IMG/VR virus record: IMGVR_UViG_3300013212_000047
Location: 1 to 53,606 of that record
Direction: 5' to 3' (one strand)
Length of the DNA: 53,606 nucleotides
Source of the DNA: a virus
Taxonomy: Duplodnaviria; Caudoviricetes
The position numbers and the translations under genes were made by a program. Positions 26,276 through 35,306 of the stretch are shown piece by piece. Under the pieces are notes generated by a model, which worked only from the letters and a program-made list of their open reading frames with translations, was not told where the DNA came from and did not search any database. Numbering within the stretch: position 1 is the first letter of the stretch; each line of letters opens with the position of its first letter.

Positions 26276-26306
26276 GGCCGGCATGTATCGCATGTCGGCC
26301 TTTTTT
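26276..26306 (+). terminator. Intrinsic terminator
   Basis: ggccggcatg-tatcg-catgtcggcc-tttttt. Confidence 0.85.
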
Positions 26307-26321
26307 GGGTTGGAGGTAAAT

Positions 26322-26585
26322 ATGAAAGTTAGAGTAGGGTCAATTTATACTTGGGTTGCATGCATGCTTGACACGCTGCATCCTTCGATCAAACGTGTGG
26401 CCGATGGTACCAAGGTGCGCGTAGTCAACATGAAAGGCTGTCCACCAGCTAATACGATGAACCATTGCTACGCAGAGACATTGGATGGCGAGTGGTTGGG
26501 TTTGGTGTGCTGTAGCAGTCTGTACAAAGTTGCAGACGCGGAACGGCTTATGGCAGAGCGAAAGGTAGACGTAGAATGCGAGTAA
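26322..26585 (+). CDS. Hypothetical protein
   Basis: GGAGGT RBS before MKVRVG; VRVVNMKGCPPANTMNHC motif. Confidence 0.75.
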   Translation: MKVRVGSIYTWVACMLDTLHPSIKRVADGTKVRVVNMKGCPPANTMNHCYAETLDGEWLGLVCCSSLYKVADAERLMAERKVDVECE

Positions 26586-26929
26586 GAGCATTGGACAAAG
26601 TAAATCCGCGATGGATATGCGATTTCATCTCGGAGTCAATTGGTCGGAATCAGGAATTCCGCGTGTCACTCAAGACGCCTAAGTCGAACGTGGTGTTGTT
26701 CGAAACAGACAAGGCCATCTGGATTGACGTATTGGACGCGATTCGTGTCAAGTCCAGAGCCACGTACCATATCCACAATTGGGGATTACTGGATGGGGAT
26801 TACACGTGGGGCGTTAGTTGGGTATCTCACGGTGTGGATTGGTTGGTGGCATTCAAGACCAAGGATGCCTGCGATGAACAATGGGGCGTCCTGAAAGCAA
26901 ATGTGGAGGCAGATACAAATGGAAAGTAA
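26576..26929 (+). CDS. Hypothetical protein
   Basis: Overlaps both neighbours in the operon. Confidence 0.65.
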   Translation: MRVRALDKVNPRWICDFISESIGRNQEFRVSLKTPKSNVVLFETDKAIWIDVLDAIRVKSRATYHIHNWGLLDGDYTWGVSWVSHGVDWLVAFKTKDACDEQWGVLKANVEADTNGK

Positions 26930-27344
26930 ATCAATTGATCAATTAGGCGACAGCTACGCGAGAGCCTATAACAGACTTTGGGCGGGGTTACCTGCTGCGT
27001 CTCACGTACAGGCCACCACGATGCGCTTTGCGCTGTTTTCTGCAGCATCCCGCATTGCCAACCGGACATTTTTTAACGGTGGCATTGAAACCGGACGCTG
27101 CGTCTGGCAAATGGATACGCACGAGTTGCAATGGGTGTTCAACATCCTGTCGATGTTCAACGAGCAAATCAATTTGAAGGGTGTCTTTTCCGATGTTACG
27201 TTTGCAGAGCTGCTTGATTGGTGTGATGAAATCCAAGTGGATTGGGCGCATGACATGCCTAAGTTCAAGACTTATGTGGAGACTCTTATCGTAGAGTTCC
27301 GTGGCTATGCTAGGATTCCATCTGAGGATTCTGAAGACGTGTGA
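26919..27344 (+). CDS. Hypothetical protein
   Basis: GGAGG RBS before MESKS. Confidence 0.7.
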   Translation: MESKSIDQLGDSYARAYNRLWAGLPAASHVQATTMRFALFSAASRIANRTFFNGGIETGRCVWQMDTHELQWVFNILSMFNEQINLKGVFSDVTFAELLDWCDEIQVDWAHDMPKFKTYVETLIVEFRGYARIPSEDSEDV

Positions 27345-27361
27345 TGGGGTGAGACATCACC

Positions 27362-27395
27362 AGGCCGGATACCGTTTGGTATCCGGCCTTTTTTT
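27362..27395 (+). terminator. Intrinsic terminator
   Basis: aggccggatacc-gttt-ggtatccggcct plus T run. Confidence 0.9.
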
Positions 27396-27633
27396 GTGCT
27401 GCCCGGAGCTGGATTCATGTGGCTGCAGGCCAGATGCATCCGGCGATGGCAGCCTACCGCTGGAGTTACCGCCTGCTCAAAAACCCAACGGATCCGGCTT
27501 GCCGGCCAGCTGCCAACCGACCCACCCTGACGGGTGCTTCGGATCTTTTTTCTGCCGCCTCCGGCGGCAGTACACTTCACGACCGCAAGTATAATGTTAG
27601 TAATTGGCCAACACACACGTCGCGATTGACTAA

Positions 27634-27681
27634 TTGACTTGATACTTGCGTGGTGTTACTATAGGTACGTGGAATTCCACG
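27634..27681 (+). promoter_or_regulatory. Sigma70-like promoter followed by a 14-bp palindrome
   Basis: TTGACT-17-TACTAT (extended TGn), TACTTGCG in the spacer, CGTGGAATTCCACG at 27668-27681. Confidence 0.75.
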
Positions 27682-27695
27682 CAAAAGGGTATTTT

Positions 27696-28115
27696 ATGAG
27701 ATTAGATTCGTTAGGGCTTGCAAAAGCCATCTTAGATGACATGGCGCAATCGGCGCCTGCAGAGCTACAGGGTGGATGGAATGACTTTGATGTACGGGTA
27801 GGTTTACTCAAAGGTAAGTCATCCGCTACGTTGTATTGGCCATCATGGCGTCTTGAAGTGTGTACATTCCTGTTGCCTGAAACATATGAAGGTGACCCAA
27901 CCACTATTGAGACTTCAGACTCAACATACATGAGCGCACACAATGAGATCTACACACGATCACACGCTAATGATAAGTCACAGGACTGGGATCAATTGGT
28001 ACGCGCACCTGTTGTTGAAATCATTGATAGCTTCCTCGAAGGAACATGGACACCACCTTGGCGTTGCGGATTCTGCCGTGATCGTATTCTAGGTACAAGT
28101 AAACCTAAGTGGTAA
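27696..28115 (+). CDS. Hypothetical protein
   Basis: Start MRLDSL after AAGGG, downstream of the promoter. Confidence 0.7.
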   Translation: MRLDSLGLAKAILDDMAQSAPAELQGGWNDFDVRVGLLKGKSSATLYWPSWRLEVCTFLLPETYEGDPTTIETSDSTYMSAHNEIYTRSHANDKSQDWDQLVRAPVVEIIDSFLEGTWTPPWRCGFCRDRILGTSKPKW

Positions 28116-28678
28116 TGCGCAGGCGCCTTTCACAAAGTTTGCTACGTAAATACGTATTCAAGGTTAGTACAAAGGGGCGCGTTGTTTGGTGTTCGTATAC
28201 TAAGCAGGCCAGGCTGCAGATGACAATGTCTTTGCAGATAATGCGTGAAAACAAATCAACTGGCCTACTCACACTCACACGCATGCGTAACCCTCGATGG
28301 TCTTCTAATGGAATCGTTGAGTGGCTCAATGGTCATGGATCAAAACCTGTACTAATACGCGCATATCGATTTGTTAATGGTGAGATTGTAGAGCGGATGT
28401 ATAAGGACACAGACAATGTCCCATACCCTGAGTACTATGATCCAGTTGTGCATCCAACACCAGCACATGCTGCGTGGTTGCATTACGCTATGCACGAAGA
28501 CGTAATGCTTGAGTTACTATGGCGCGCTCCTGATTGGAAATCATTCTGGATTGCAGCAAAACTTAGCAACTTCAAGCTAACTCCAGATAACTACAAGATG
28601 ACGCAAGATATCTGTAAATATATGTGGAGTTGGGCGCATAGATTACGTGTAGACGTTGACGCCGATAGTAAGGCTTGA
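28109..28678 (+). CDS. Hypothetical protein
   Basis: 189-aa ORF in the operon; start uncertain. Confidence 0.6.
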   Translation: MVMRRRLSQSLLRKYVFKVSTKGRVVWCSYTKQARLQMTMSLQIMRENKSTGLLTLTRMRNPRWSSNGIVEWLNGHGSKPVLIRAYRFVNGEIVERMYKDTDNVPYPEYYDPVVHPTPAHAAWLHYAMHEDVMLELLWRAPDWKSFWIAAKLSNFKLTPDNYKMTQDICKYMWSWAHRLRVDVDADSKA

Positions 28679-28770
28679 TATTCTACCTAAGTAGAAATTA
28701 AGAAAGCCTACCGGGGGGATATCCAGTAGGCAGGAAGGACATACAAACAAAGTACCAGAGGGATATTACC

Positions 28771-29175
28771 ATGACTGAGGCAGCGTTTCAGAGTCAGGTC
28801 AGGCATGTACTAGCAGCACTAGGTTACACAATTATAGAGGTTGGCAAGACTAGAGCCAAGGTTAAATGCTCAAAGTGTGGCGTAATGGCACACTCTACTG
28901 GATGGCAAGGTAACACTCCAGGCGCACCAGATCTATACATACATGCTAGCTGGTGGAAGCATCCAGTAGCCATCGCTATTGAACTGAAGACGCCATCAGG
29001 CAGGGTTAGGGAACAACAGAAACACTTAGCTAATATGGGCATGACAGTTGTATGCAGGAGACTGCGTTCAGTCATTGACACCATACTGAATTACGAACAT
29101 GATCACGGCAGCGATGTTGCCGTAGAAAGATTACAGAGTTTCATAGATAAAAATGAGTGGTTATACAACGATTAA
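28771..29175 (+). CDS. VRR-NUC (PD-(D/E)XK) nuclease
   Basis: MTEAAFQSQV, PGAPDL, IELKTPSGRV...QQ. Confidence 0.85.
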   Translation: MTEAAFQSQVRHVLAALGYTIIEVGKTRAKVKCSKCGVMAHSTGWQGNTPGAPDLYIHASWWKHPVAIAIELKTPSGRVREQQKHLANMGMTVVCRRLRSVIDTILNYEHDHGSDVAVERLQSFIDKNEWLYND

Positions 29176-29878
29176 GTACGATCTACGTTTCGTATCTCCT
29201 CCCGCTTTTAAGGAGGCATACATCTATGGTGGCGTGAAGGAAGACTACAACCTTACTGCAGCTACGCATCGCATTGGGGACAACAAGTTCTTGATTGTGG
29301 CTGACGAACCAGAAGGACTGCGTACGGAGTTATCCATGATGCCTGGATTCGAATGGGATCCAACACAGGTCATGAAGGTTACATGGGGAACCGTCACCAG
29401 TAAGTTTGTATGCATCTATTACAACGACGCTGCACGGTACGTTATTGGTGGCGAGGATTTCAATCCTAACTGCGTCATCTGCCATCCTGGATCTGGTATT
29501 GCACCAGTCGTTACTAAGACTGTCATCATTCCATACATCGATGACAAACCTTATGTCATTGATGGCACCATCTGTGTTATGACAGAGATTGCTGACATTG
29601 AAGCGTCAGCTAGCATACTCGATCCATCCGTTGACATAGATGCTTTGTTTGAAAGAATGTCATGCAAGGCCATAGCAATTAGTGAGTTACCAGGGATAGC
29701 GCAAGAGCATAACGCACACAGCTATTTTCTTCATGGCATGAAATTCACCATCAAGAGTCTAGTCAGTGCTTTGTTTGAATACATTGCACTGGATGCGATT
29801 ACCGATAACGAGACAGAAGATCAAGAAGAACGTTTGCTCAACATCTTGAATAAGAAGGATAATAATGAAAACAAGTGA
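29153..29878 (+). CDS. Hypothetical protein
   Basis: 241-aa ORF overlapping both neighbours. Confidence 0.7.
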   Translation: MSGYTTIKYDLRFVSPPAFKEAYIYGGVKEDYNLTAATHRIGDNKFLIVADEPEGLRTELSMMPGFEWDPTQVMKVTWGTVTSKFVCIYYNDAARYVIGGEDFNPNCVICHPGSGIAPVVTKTVIIPYIDDKPYVIDGTICVMTEIADIEASASILDPSVDIDALFERMSCKAIAISELPGIAQEHNAHSYFLHGMKFTIKSLVSALFEYIALDAITDNETEDQEERLLNILNKKDNNENK

Positions 29879-30557
29879 CGGAATTGGACATGTAGCCGAA
29901 GCATTGGCTAAGGCACACACTGAAATCAGTAGCATTGAACGTGATGGTAAGAACCCACACTTCAAGTCACGCTACGCTACGCTTGACCAGATCCTTGAGT
30001 CTGTAAGGCCAATCCTTGCAAAGAATGGCCTGATCATCGTGCAGAGTAGCGATGATGGCAGCGAAGATCACAAGTACATCAACGTCAAGTCAGCGGTCAT
30101 ACATCTTAGTGGTCAATGGATTGAGACATCTGTACAGATTCCAGTGAGCAAGAACGATGCACACGGACTTGGAAGCGCTCTTACATACGGTCGCCGCTAT
30201 TCACTCGGAGCCTTGCTTGCTATCAGCACTCAGGAAGGTGACGACGATGGCAACGCAGCAGTAGCTAGTATGCGCAAAGTACAAGCAACACCGTCTGTTA
30301 CCCCGGCAAGTAACCAACCTTCCCTAAAGGATTTGGCAGGGAATCTTCTGATTGAGATTCAACGCATCTATCAAAACCCGAAGATGGTTATGAGTGATGC
30401 CAAGGATGCGTACATCGCCATGTATGGAGAGAACGCTCAGATGACAACTGAGACATTGACTGAAGCAATCAACACGTTGGCTGGAATGCCTGACGCAAAG
30501 GTATTCAATGCCTATGTGCTTGGCAAGGTAGACGGAGGAGTCAAGGGCTTTGAATAA
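29865..30557 (+). CDS. erf: ERF-family single-strand annealing protein
   Basis: KNPHFKSRYATL, GSALTYGRRYSL, DDDGN. Confidence 0.93.
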   Translation: MKTSDGIGHVAEALAKAHTEISSIERDGKNPHFKSRYATLDQILESVRPILAKNGLIIVQSSDDGSEDHKYINVKSAVIHLSGQWIETSVQIPVSKNDAHGLGSALTYGRRYSLGALLAISTQEGDDDGNAAVASMRKVQATPSVTPASNQPSLKDLAGNLLIEIQRIYQNPKMVMSDAKDAYIAMYGENAQMTTETLTEAINTLAGMPDAKVFNAYVLGKVDGGVKGFE

Positions 30558-31167
30558 TGTAATCGAAATGGTGGAGATCCCCGACGAGGACGGGGTGATC
30601 CACCTCTACCATCCAGACACAGGTGAGTATGCCGGCCCTAAGAGTCGGTGGTTACCTGCAGAGATCGTTGGTGAAGATGAATTCCTTCAGGTTATGGGAG
30701 CAATGGCGAAGAAGAAAGCCATACTGCTGTCAAAGAAAGCTCTCATCGATACGATCATCAAACAGCAACAGAAGATGCTGGGCAATATCCAATCACAGAT
30801 TGATTACCTTGAGAATCAATACCTAAATCAGATTGGGCGATACGTAGAGACAGCGCTACCTAAGAAAGCTGATGGTACGTACCGGGTAAAGACATTGCAT
30901 TGTCCGTACGGCAGTGTAGCTATTCGCAGCACCATGCCTAAGATCTCTGTTGCCAACGAAGAAGCGGCTGTCAACTATGCGAAGTCACACTTCCCAGGAG
31001 CTGTCAAAACAAAAGAGTCAGTACTGGTTAGCATGCTTCCTGATGATGTCCGTGTGTCTATCCTCGAAGAACCATCTACCTCCATCATGATGGGGCTGCA
31101 GGTTATTCCTGGTGAGACAAAGTACGTCATCAAAACTGTTGCTGACGATGCATTGGATACAACGTAA
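30550..31167 (+). CDS. Mu Gam-like / Gp157-like DNA end-protection protein
   Basis: Coiled coil followed by KTLHCPYGSVAIR...VKTKESV; next to erf. Confidence 0.6.
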   Translation: MNNVIEMVEIPDEDGVIHLYHPDTGEYAGPKSRWLPAEIVGEDEFLQVMGAMAKKKAILLSKKALIDTIIKQQQKMLGNIQSQIDYLENQYLNQIGRYVETALPKKADGTYRVKTLHCPYGSVAIRSTMPKISVANEEAAVNYAKSHFPGAVKTKESVLVSMLPDDVRVSILEEPSTSIMMGLQVIPGETKYVIKTVADDALDTT

Positions 31168-31278
31168 TGTCTCTACTAATCTGGTGCCTGATTATTGCAG
31201 CATCATTGGTAGTACTTGTGCCATTCTTTGGCATTGTGTACATATCCTACATTGTGGAGAATGACGTACGGAAATACG

Positions 31279-31842
31279 ATGAGTGATGAAATAGTCCACA
31301 TCGCTTTGATGCCTGACTCAGTTCAGGTATCGGAGATCGGTGTTACATTTGCCGGTGACGTCTCCTATGATGACTGGCTGCGCTTGATGGGTACACTGAC
31401 ACGGCTTGAAAAGGCCGTGCAGTTTGCCATCGGTGATGCCATCAATTACGGACAACACCGTTACGGTGAGAAGTACAGCCAAGCCATGGAAGCAACAGGT
31501 CTAAGCATCAAAGCCTTGACTAACTACTGCTGGGTTTCCAACTCTGTACCGATCCAGAATCGCCGAGCTGGAGTTAGCTGGACACACCATCGTGCTGTGG
31601 CTAAGCTTCCTGACCACGACCAGATCTCATTACTCCGTCAAGCGGAAGAACAAGACTGGACAGTAGACGACCTAAAGGAAATCGTTACAGGGAAACCTAT
31701 CAACCCAAGACACATTGAAACAGTCTTTGTTCCAACAGGAATAACACCAGCTCACGCTCAAGAAATCCTCAGACAAGTAGCAAAGTCCGAAGAATGTATG
31801 GCTACATTGTGTGAGACATGCCCGTTTAGGATGCAACTATGA
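31279..31842 (+). CDS. LmbU-like DNA-binding regulator
   Basis: SYDDW...FAIGDAINYG...YGEKY...LTNYCWVS...RR..VSWTHHRAVA; alternative start at 31261. Confidence 0.75.
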   Translation: MSDEIVHIALMPDSVQVSEIGVTFAGDVSYDDWLRLMGTLTRLEKAVQFAIGDAINYGQHRYGEKYSQAMEATGLSIKALTNYCWVSNSVPIQNRRAGVSWTHHRAVAKLPDHDQISLLRQAEEQDWTVDDLKEIVTGKPINPRHIETVFVPTGITPAHAQEILRQVAKSEECMATLCETCPFRMQL

Positions 31843-32675
31843 TCAAGATCATCACAGGTAGTGAATGGTCAAACCAAGAAGGCAGCCTCGTCGTACAGAT
31901 GACGCTGTCTTCTGCATTTACTAGCCAACTAAAACAATTTACACCAACCACATGGATGGTACTAACTGCGATTATGTTTCAGGTCAAGCAAAGCAATGCT
32001 GTAGGGCTGTCTGTGCGCGAAATACGCGAGATAACTGGCATTTCTGAGACAACTATCAGGGATGCCATACAAACGCTCTGTACGGTCAAAATACAAGACC
32101 AGAGAGTACTTATGAAGGTCACTCGTAAGTTTGATGATGGCGCATGCAATAGGAACCTTTACGTCATCATGCCATCACAACGCGACCTGTCCTACTTTGT
32201 AGGTACCTCAAATTCTGAGGGGGGTACCTCAAATTCTGAGGAGGGTACCTCAAATTCTGATGACCATATAAGCTTACTTTCTGTAAGTAACGCTAATTTA
32301 ATTAATTATATTCCCCCTATAGTCCCCCATAAATCAAAACGAAACATCTCGATGCCAAAGGATGATGATCCTGCTGCACAGATGTATCGGTCATACCGGC
32401 AAGTAATGGGCTTTCCAATTGAGTTCTCACAGGGGGAATGGCAAGGTGTTCATTTAGTTCTGCGGGAAATGATTCGAGCTGGTGTCACAACAGACGAAGT
32501 AGAGCGGCGAACACGTAACCTTCTAAACCAATGGGAGAAGAAAGCAATGGTTACAGTCAGAGCATTATGGAAACACTGGTCATCAGCTGGAATCGCAAAG
32601 GCTACCGGATATGACAAAGCTAGCGAAATATCCTCAGCAGCAATCGCAGCACTTAGGTCACTGAATAATCATTGA
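31839..32675 (+). CDS. Replication initiator (lambda O-like organisation, HTH)
   Basis: N-terminal HTH (LSVREIREITGISETTIRDAI), NLY motif, internal iterons, PPIVP linker. Confidence 0.8.
   Translation: MIKIITGSEWSNQEGSLVVQMTLSSAFTSQLKQFTPTTWMVLTAIMFQVKQSNAVGLSVREIREITGISETTIRDAIQTLCTVKIQDQRVLMKVTRKFDDGACNRNLYVIMPSQRDLSYFVGTSNSEGGTSNSEEGTSNSDDHISLLSVSNANLINYIPPIVPHKSKRNISMPKDDDPAAQMYRSYRQVMGFPIEFSQGEWQGVHLVLREMIRAGVTTDEVERRTRNLLNQWEKKAMVTVRALWKHWSSAGIAKATGYDKASEISSAAIAALRSLNNH
32202..32310. repeat. Replication origin: three 21-bp-period iterons plus AT-rich tract
   Basis: ggtacctcaaattctga at 32202, 32223 and 32244; taatttaattaattata follows. Confidence 0.8.
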
Positions 32676-32700
32676 CAAAAATACTTGCTTGCTGTACTTT
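32672..32700 (+). promoter_or_regulatory. Sigma70-like promoter
   Basis: TTGACA-17-TACTTT with TACTTGC in the spacer. Confidence 0.75.
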
Positions 32701-32740
32701 ATGTGTGTTGGTTAGTATTGGAAAGAAAAAGGTAACTTAG

Positions 32741-33223
32741 ATGCTTAATTTGACAGAATCGTCAGAGATCTTAGATCGAATCGTTAATCTCCATCAAGAT
32801 GCAAATCACATTGACCTGATGGTTGTAGCTACAGGTGAACTTCACTGGTTGTTTGGTGGCAGGTTGATCAAGACAGAAACCAGGACTTACCGCCATGACT
32901 TCGACGTTATGGAAGTTCAGTTTTTGTTTCAGAAACCATTTGACACTGAGTTTGATGAAGACGGCGACTACATGGCGCCAACGGAAAAGCAGCTTGCTGC
33001 ACACAACATGAAGCTTATTTTTGGTTTCAATAGCGGTAGAGAATTTGATTACATTGGTGGTTGCAGGATGGCGGATATCTTTATTCGGAACAGCGGCGTC
33101 CTTCAACACAAACACATTCGCATTAATGAGACCAAACAAATTCCTTGTTTGGAAATTCTTGAATGGGCAATGAAAATTGATCTAGCAGAGAGAGCATTAG
33201 ACAAGGAAAGGGCTAGGGTATGA
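32741..33223 (+). CDS. Hypothetical protein
   Basis: AAAGGT RBS; downstream of the promoter. Confidence 0.7.
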   Translation: MLNLTESSEILDRIVNLHQDANHIDLMVVATGELHWLFGGRLIKTETRTYRHDFDVMEVQFLFQKPFDTEFDEDGDYMAPTEKQLAAHNMKLIFGFNSGREFDYIGGCRMADIFIRNSGVLQHKHIRINETKQIPCLEILEWAMKIDLAERALDKERARV

Positions 33224-33741
33224 CAGAGCAGATCTTCGCACGAGCAGCTAACATCTTAGCTATCATGCCTAGTAACATCGAATGGGATGAGCGCAGCAAT
33301 GCGCTCTATGCCTTCTTTATGTCTGACTGGAATGACGATCTGGTAATGGCTACGATGAAGAAAGCCTTGTACGACTGCAAGTTCCGCCCAACAACATCTG
33401 AACTTGCAGAGATTGCATTCTCAATCATCAAGCCACATAGCAATAAAGATCTAATGTGGGACACAATCACAGACATCACGGTTAAACACATTGAGAATGG
33501 ACGCAATCACGCATTGCAAAACAGGATCAATGATGGCAAGGCTGATCCAATGACACCTATGCTTGTTGAAGCTATGGGGGGATGGGGACATATAGGCCGC
33601 CGGTCTACTGATGACAACAAAGAACGTCTCAATAGAGCTTATAACCAGGTGTTACAATCCATTGATAGAGAATCACTATTTAAGGCACCGATAAACAGGC
33701 TACAAAGTGGGACGTCGGAGACAAAACAGATTGATCATTAG
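33220..33741 (+). CDS. Putative helicase loader/inhibitor (G39P / lambda P position)
   Basis: CKFRPTTSEL and VEAMGGW motifs; lies upstream of dnaB. Confidence 0.6.
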   Translation: MTEQIFARAANILAIMPSNIEWDERSNALYAFFMSDWNDDLVMATMKKALYDCKFRPTTSELAEIAFSIIKPHSNKDLMWDTITDITVKHIENGRNHALQNRINDGKADPMTPMLVEAMGGWGHIGRRSTDDNKERLNRAYNQVLQSIDRESLFKAPINRLQSGTSETKQIDH

Positions 33742-33997
33742 TCCTGGCATATGCTTGCAAGGACTTTCTGATCACCGAATAGCTATTGAAGCCCTGCTGG
33801 AATTTACTGCTGTATGTTGTAGCCGTAAAAACCACAGGGTTTTTAGGAAATTAGTCTCTAAAATCCAAGCGGGGGAAGGCAACCCAAGCGACGTGCTTTA
33901 CCAAATGGAATATGCAATAGACCAATACGCCCAACAGAATGGCTTTTGGTTTGGACAAAACGAAGATGTACCAGATGAATGGGGGTTCTATGAGTAA
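33707..33997 (+). CDS. Hypothetical protein
   Basis: Fills the gap; FWFG...EWGFY C-terminus; true start may be TTG 33731. Confidence 0.6.
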   Translation: MGRRRQNRLIISPGICLQGLSDHRIAIEALLEFTAVCCSRKNHRVFRKLVSKIQAGEGNPSDVLYQMEYAIDQYAQQNGFWFGQNEDVPDEWGFYE

Positions 33998-35306
33998 GAT
34001 TCCTCCTCACCACATAGAAAGCGAAATGAGTTTACTTGGAGCCGTCCTGTTGGGCGGCTCTAAAGTCTTAGCCCTAGTTACAGGGATAGTCCCTGATGGA
34101 GGATACTACTACAGAGAAGCGAACGGCATCATCTACGATGCAATGATACAGATATCTGATACACAACCAATTGACATCGTCACACTCAGCGAGAAGCTGT
34201 CAGCTGATCGAGTACTAGACAGCGTTGGTGGAATTGGATATCTGATGCAACTTGGTGAATTTGTACCAACAACATCACATGCATCTGCGTATGCAAAGAT
34301 CATCCGTGAACACAGTAACAGGCGTCGTGTTATCGAAGTATCGATGGACGCTATCGACAAGGCATACGAGTTAGACTCTGACCCTCAATCAATCACTGAT
34401 GACATCAGCTCTGCATTAACCAATGAGACAGCCAACGCTAACACATTAGATGCAAAACACATAGATGATTCTATAGCCGATGTAATTGAGGAGATAGAAA
34501 GCCGTGATGCCGATCACAAGATGTCCGGCATAGCGACTGGATGGAAGTCATTAGATACATTGACAGGTGGATGGCGTAAAGGTGAGTTGATAGTCGTAGG
34601 CGCTCGTCCTAGCATGGGTAAGAGTGCTTTTGCTCTAGCATTGTCGAGGAGTGCTACTGGCGCCGGCCACAAGACGTTATTCGTATCTGTTGAGATGAGT
34701 ATAGACATGACAACTCAAAGGCTTTTAGCCCTTGAGACTGGCATAGACCTACGACGCATCTCCAACTCAGCGTTAACGCAAGAAGAGATATATCGTCTCA
34801 GATGCGCGCGAGCTGATCTATACGACATACCGCTATTCGTAAGCGCCAAAAATCCTATGACCATAGGTGACGTACGTAGTGTGGCTGTGCGTATGAATGC
34901 AAAGCACGGATTAGACATGATTGTCATTGACTATCTACAGATGATCGAAACAAAGGGTGTTAACCGTGTGAGTGAGATCGGAGCGATTAGCCGTGCGTTG
35001 AAAGGCCTGGCTCGCGAGATGGACGTGCCAGTCATGGTGTTATCTAGCTTGAACCGAAAGAGCGATACACGAGACGATAAGCGACCAGTCATGTCTGACC
35101 TCAGAGAGAGTGGGGACATCGAGAGTGATGCTGACATAGCGTTATTCCTGTATAGACCATCGTATTACATGAGCGGTGACCCACCACCTATCGATGAAGT
35201 CGAAGTCATTATCAGGAAGAACAGGAACGGCCCAATCGGAACAGCAAGCCTAGAATACAATCCATCGATCGGGCGCTTTAGTGATTTGAGTTACGGGGGA
35301 CTATGA
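33990..35306 (+). CDS. dnaB: Replicative DNA helicase
   Basis: IPPH..ESE N-domain, GARPSMGKS, SVEM, IVIDYLQ, SDLRESGDIE, KNRNGP. Confidence 0.96.
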   Translation: MSKIPPHHIESEMSLLGAVLLGGSKVLALVTGIVPDGGYYYREANGIIYDAMIQISDTQPIDIVTLSEKLSADRVLDSVGGIGYLMQLGEFVPTTSHASAYAKIIREHSNRRRVIEVSMDAIDKAYELDSDPQSITDDISSALTNETANANTLDAKHIDDSIADVIEEIESRDADHKMSGIATGWKSLDTLTGGWRKGELIVVGARPSMGKSAFALALSRSATGAGHKTLFVSVEMSIDMTTQRLLALETGIDLRRISNSALTQEEIYRLRCARADLYDIPLFVSAKNPMTIGDVRSVAVRMNAKHGLDMIVIDYLQMIETKGVNRVSEIGAISRALKGLAREMDVPVMVLSSLNRKSDTRDDKRPVMSDLRESGDIESDADIALFLYRPSYYMSGDPPPIDEVEVIIRKNRNGPIGTASLEYNPSIGRFSDLSYGGL

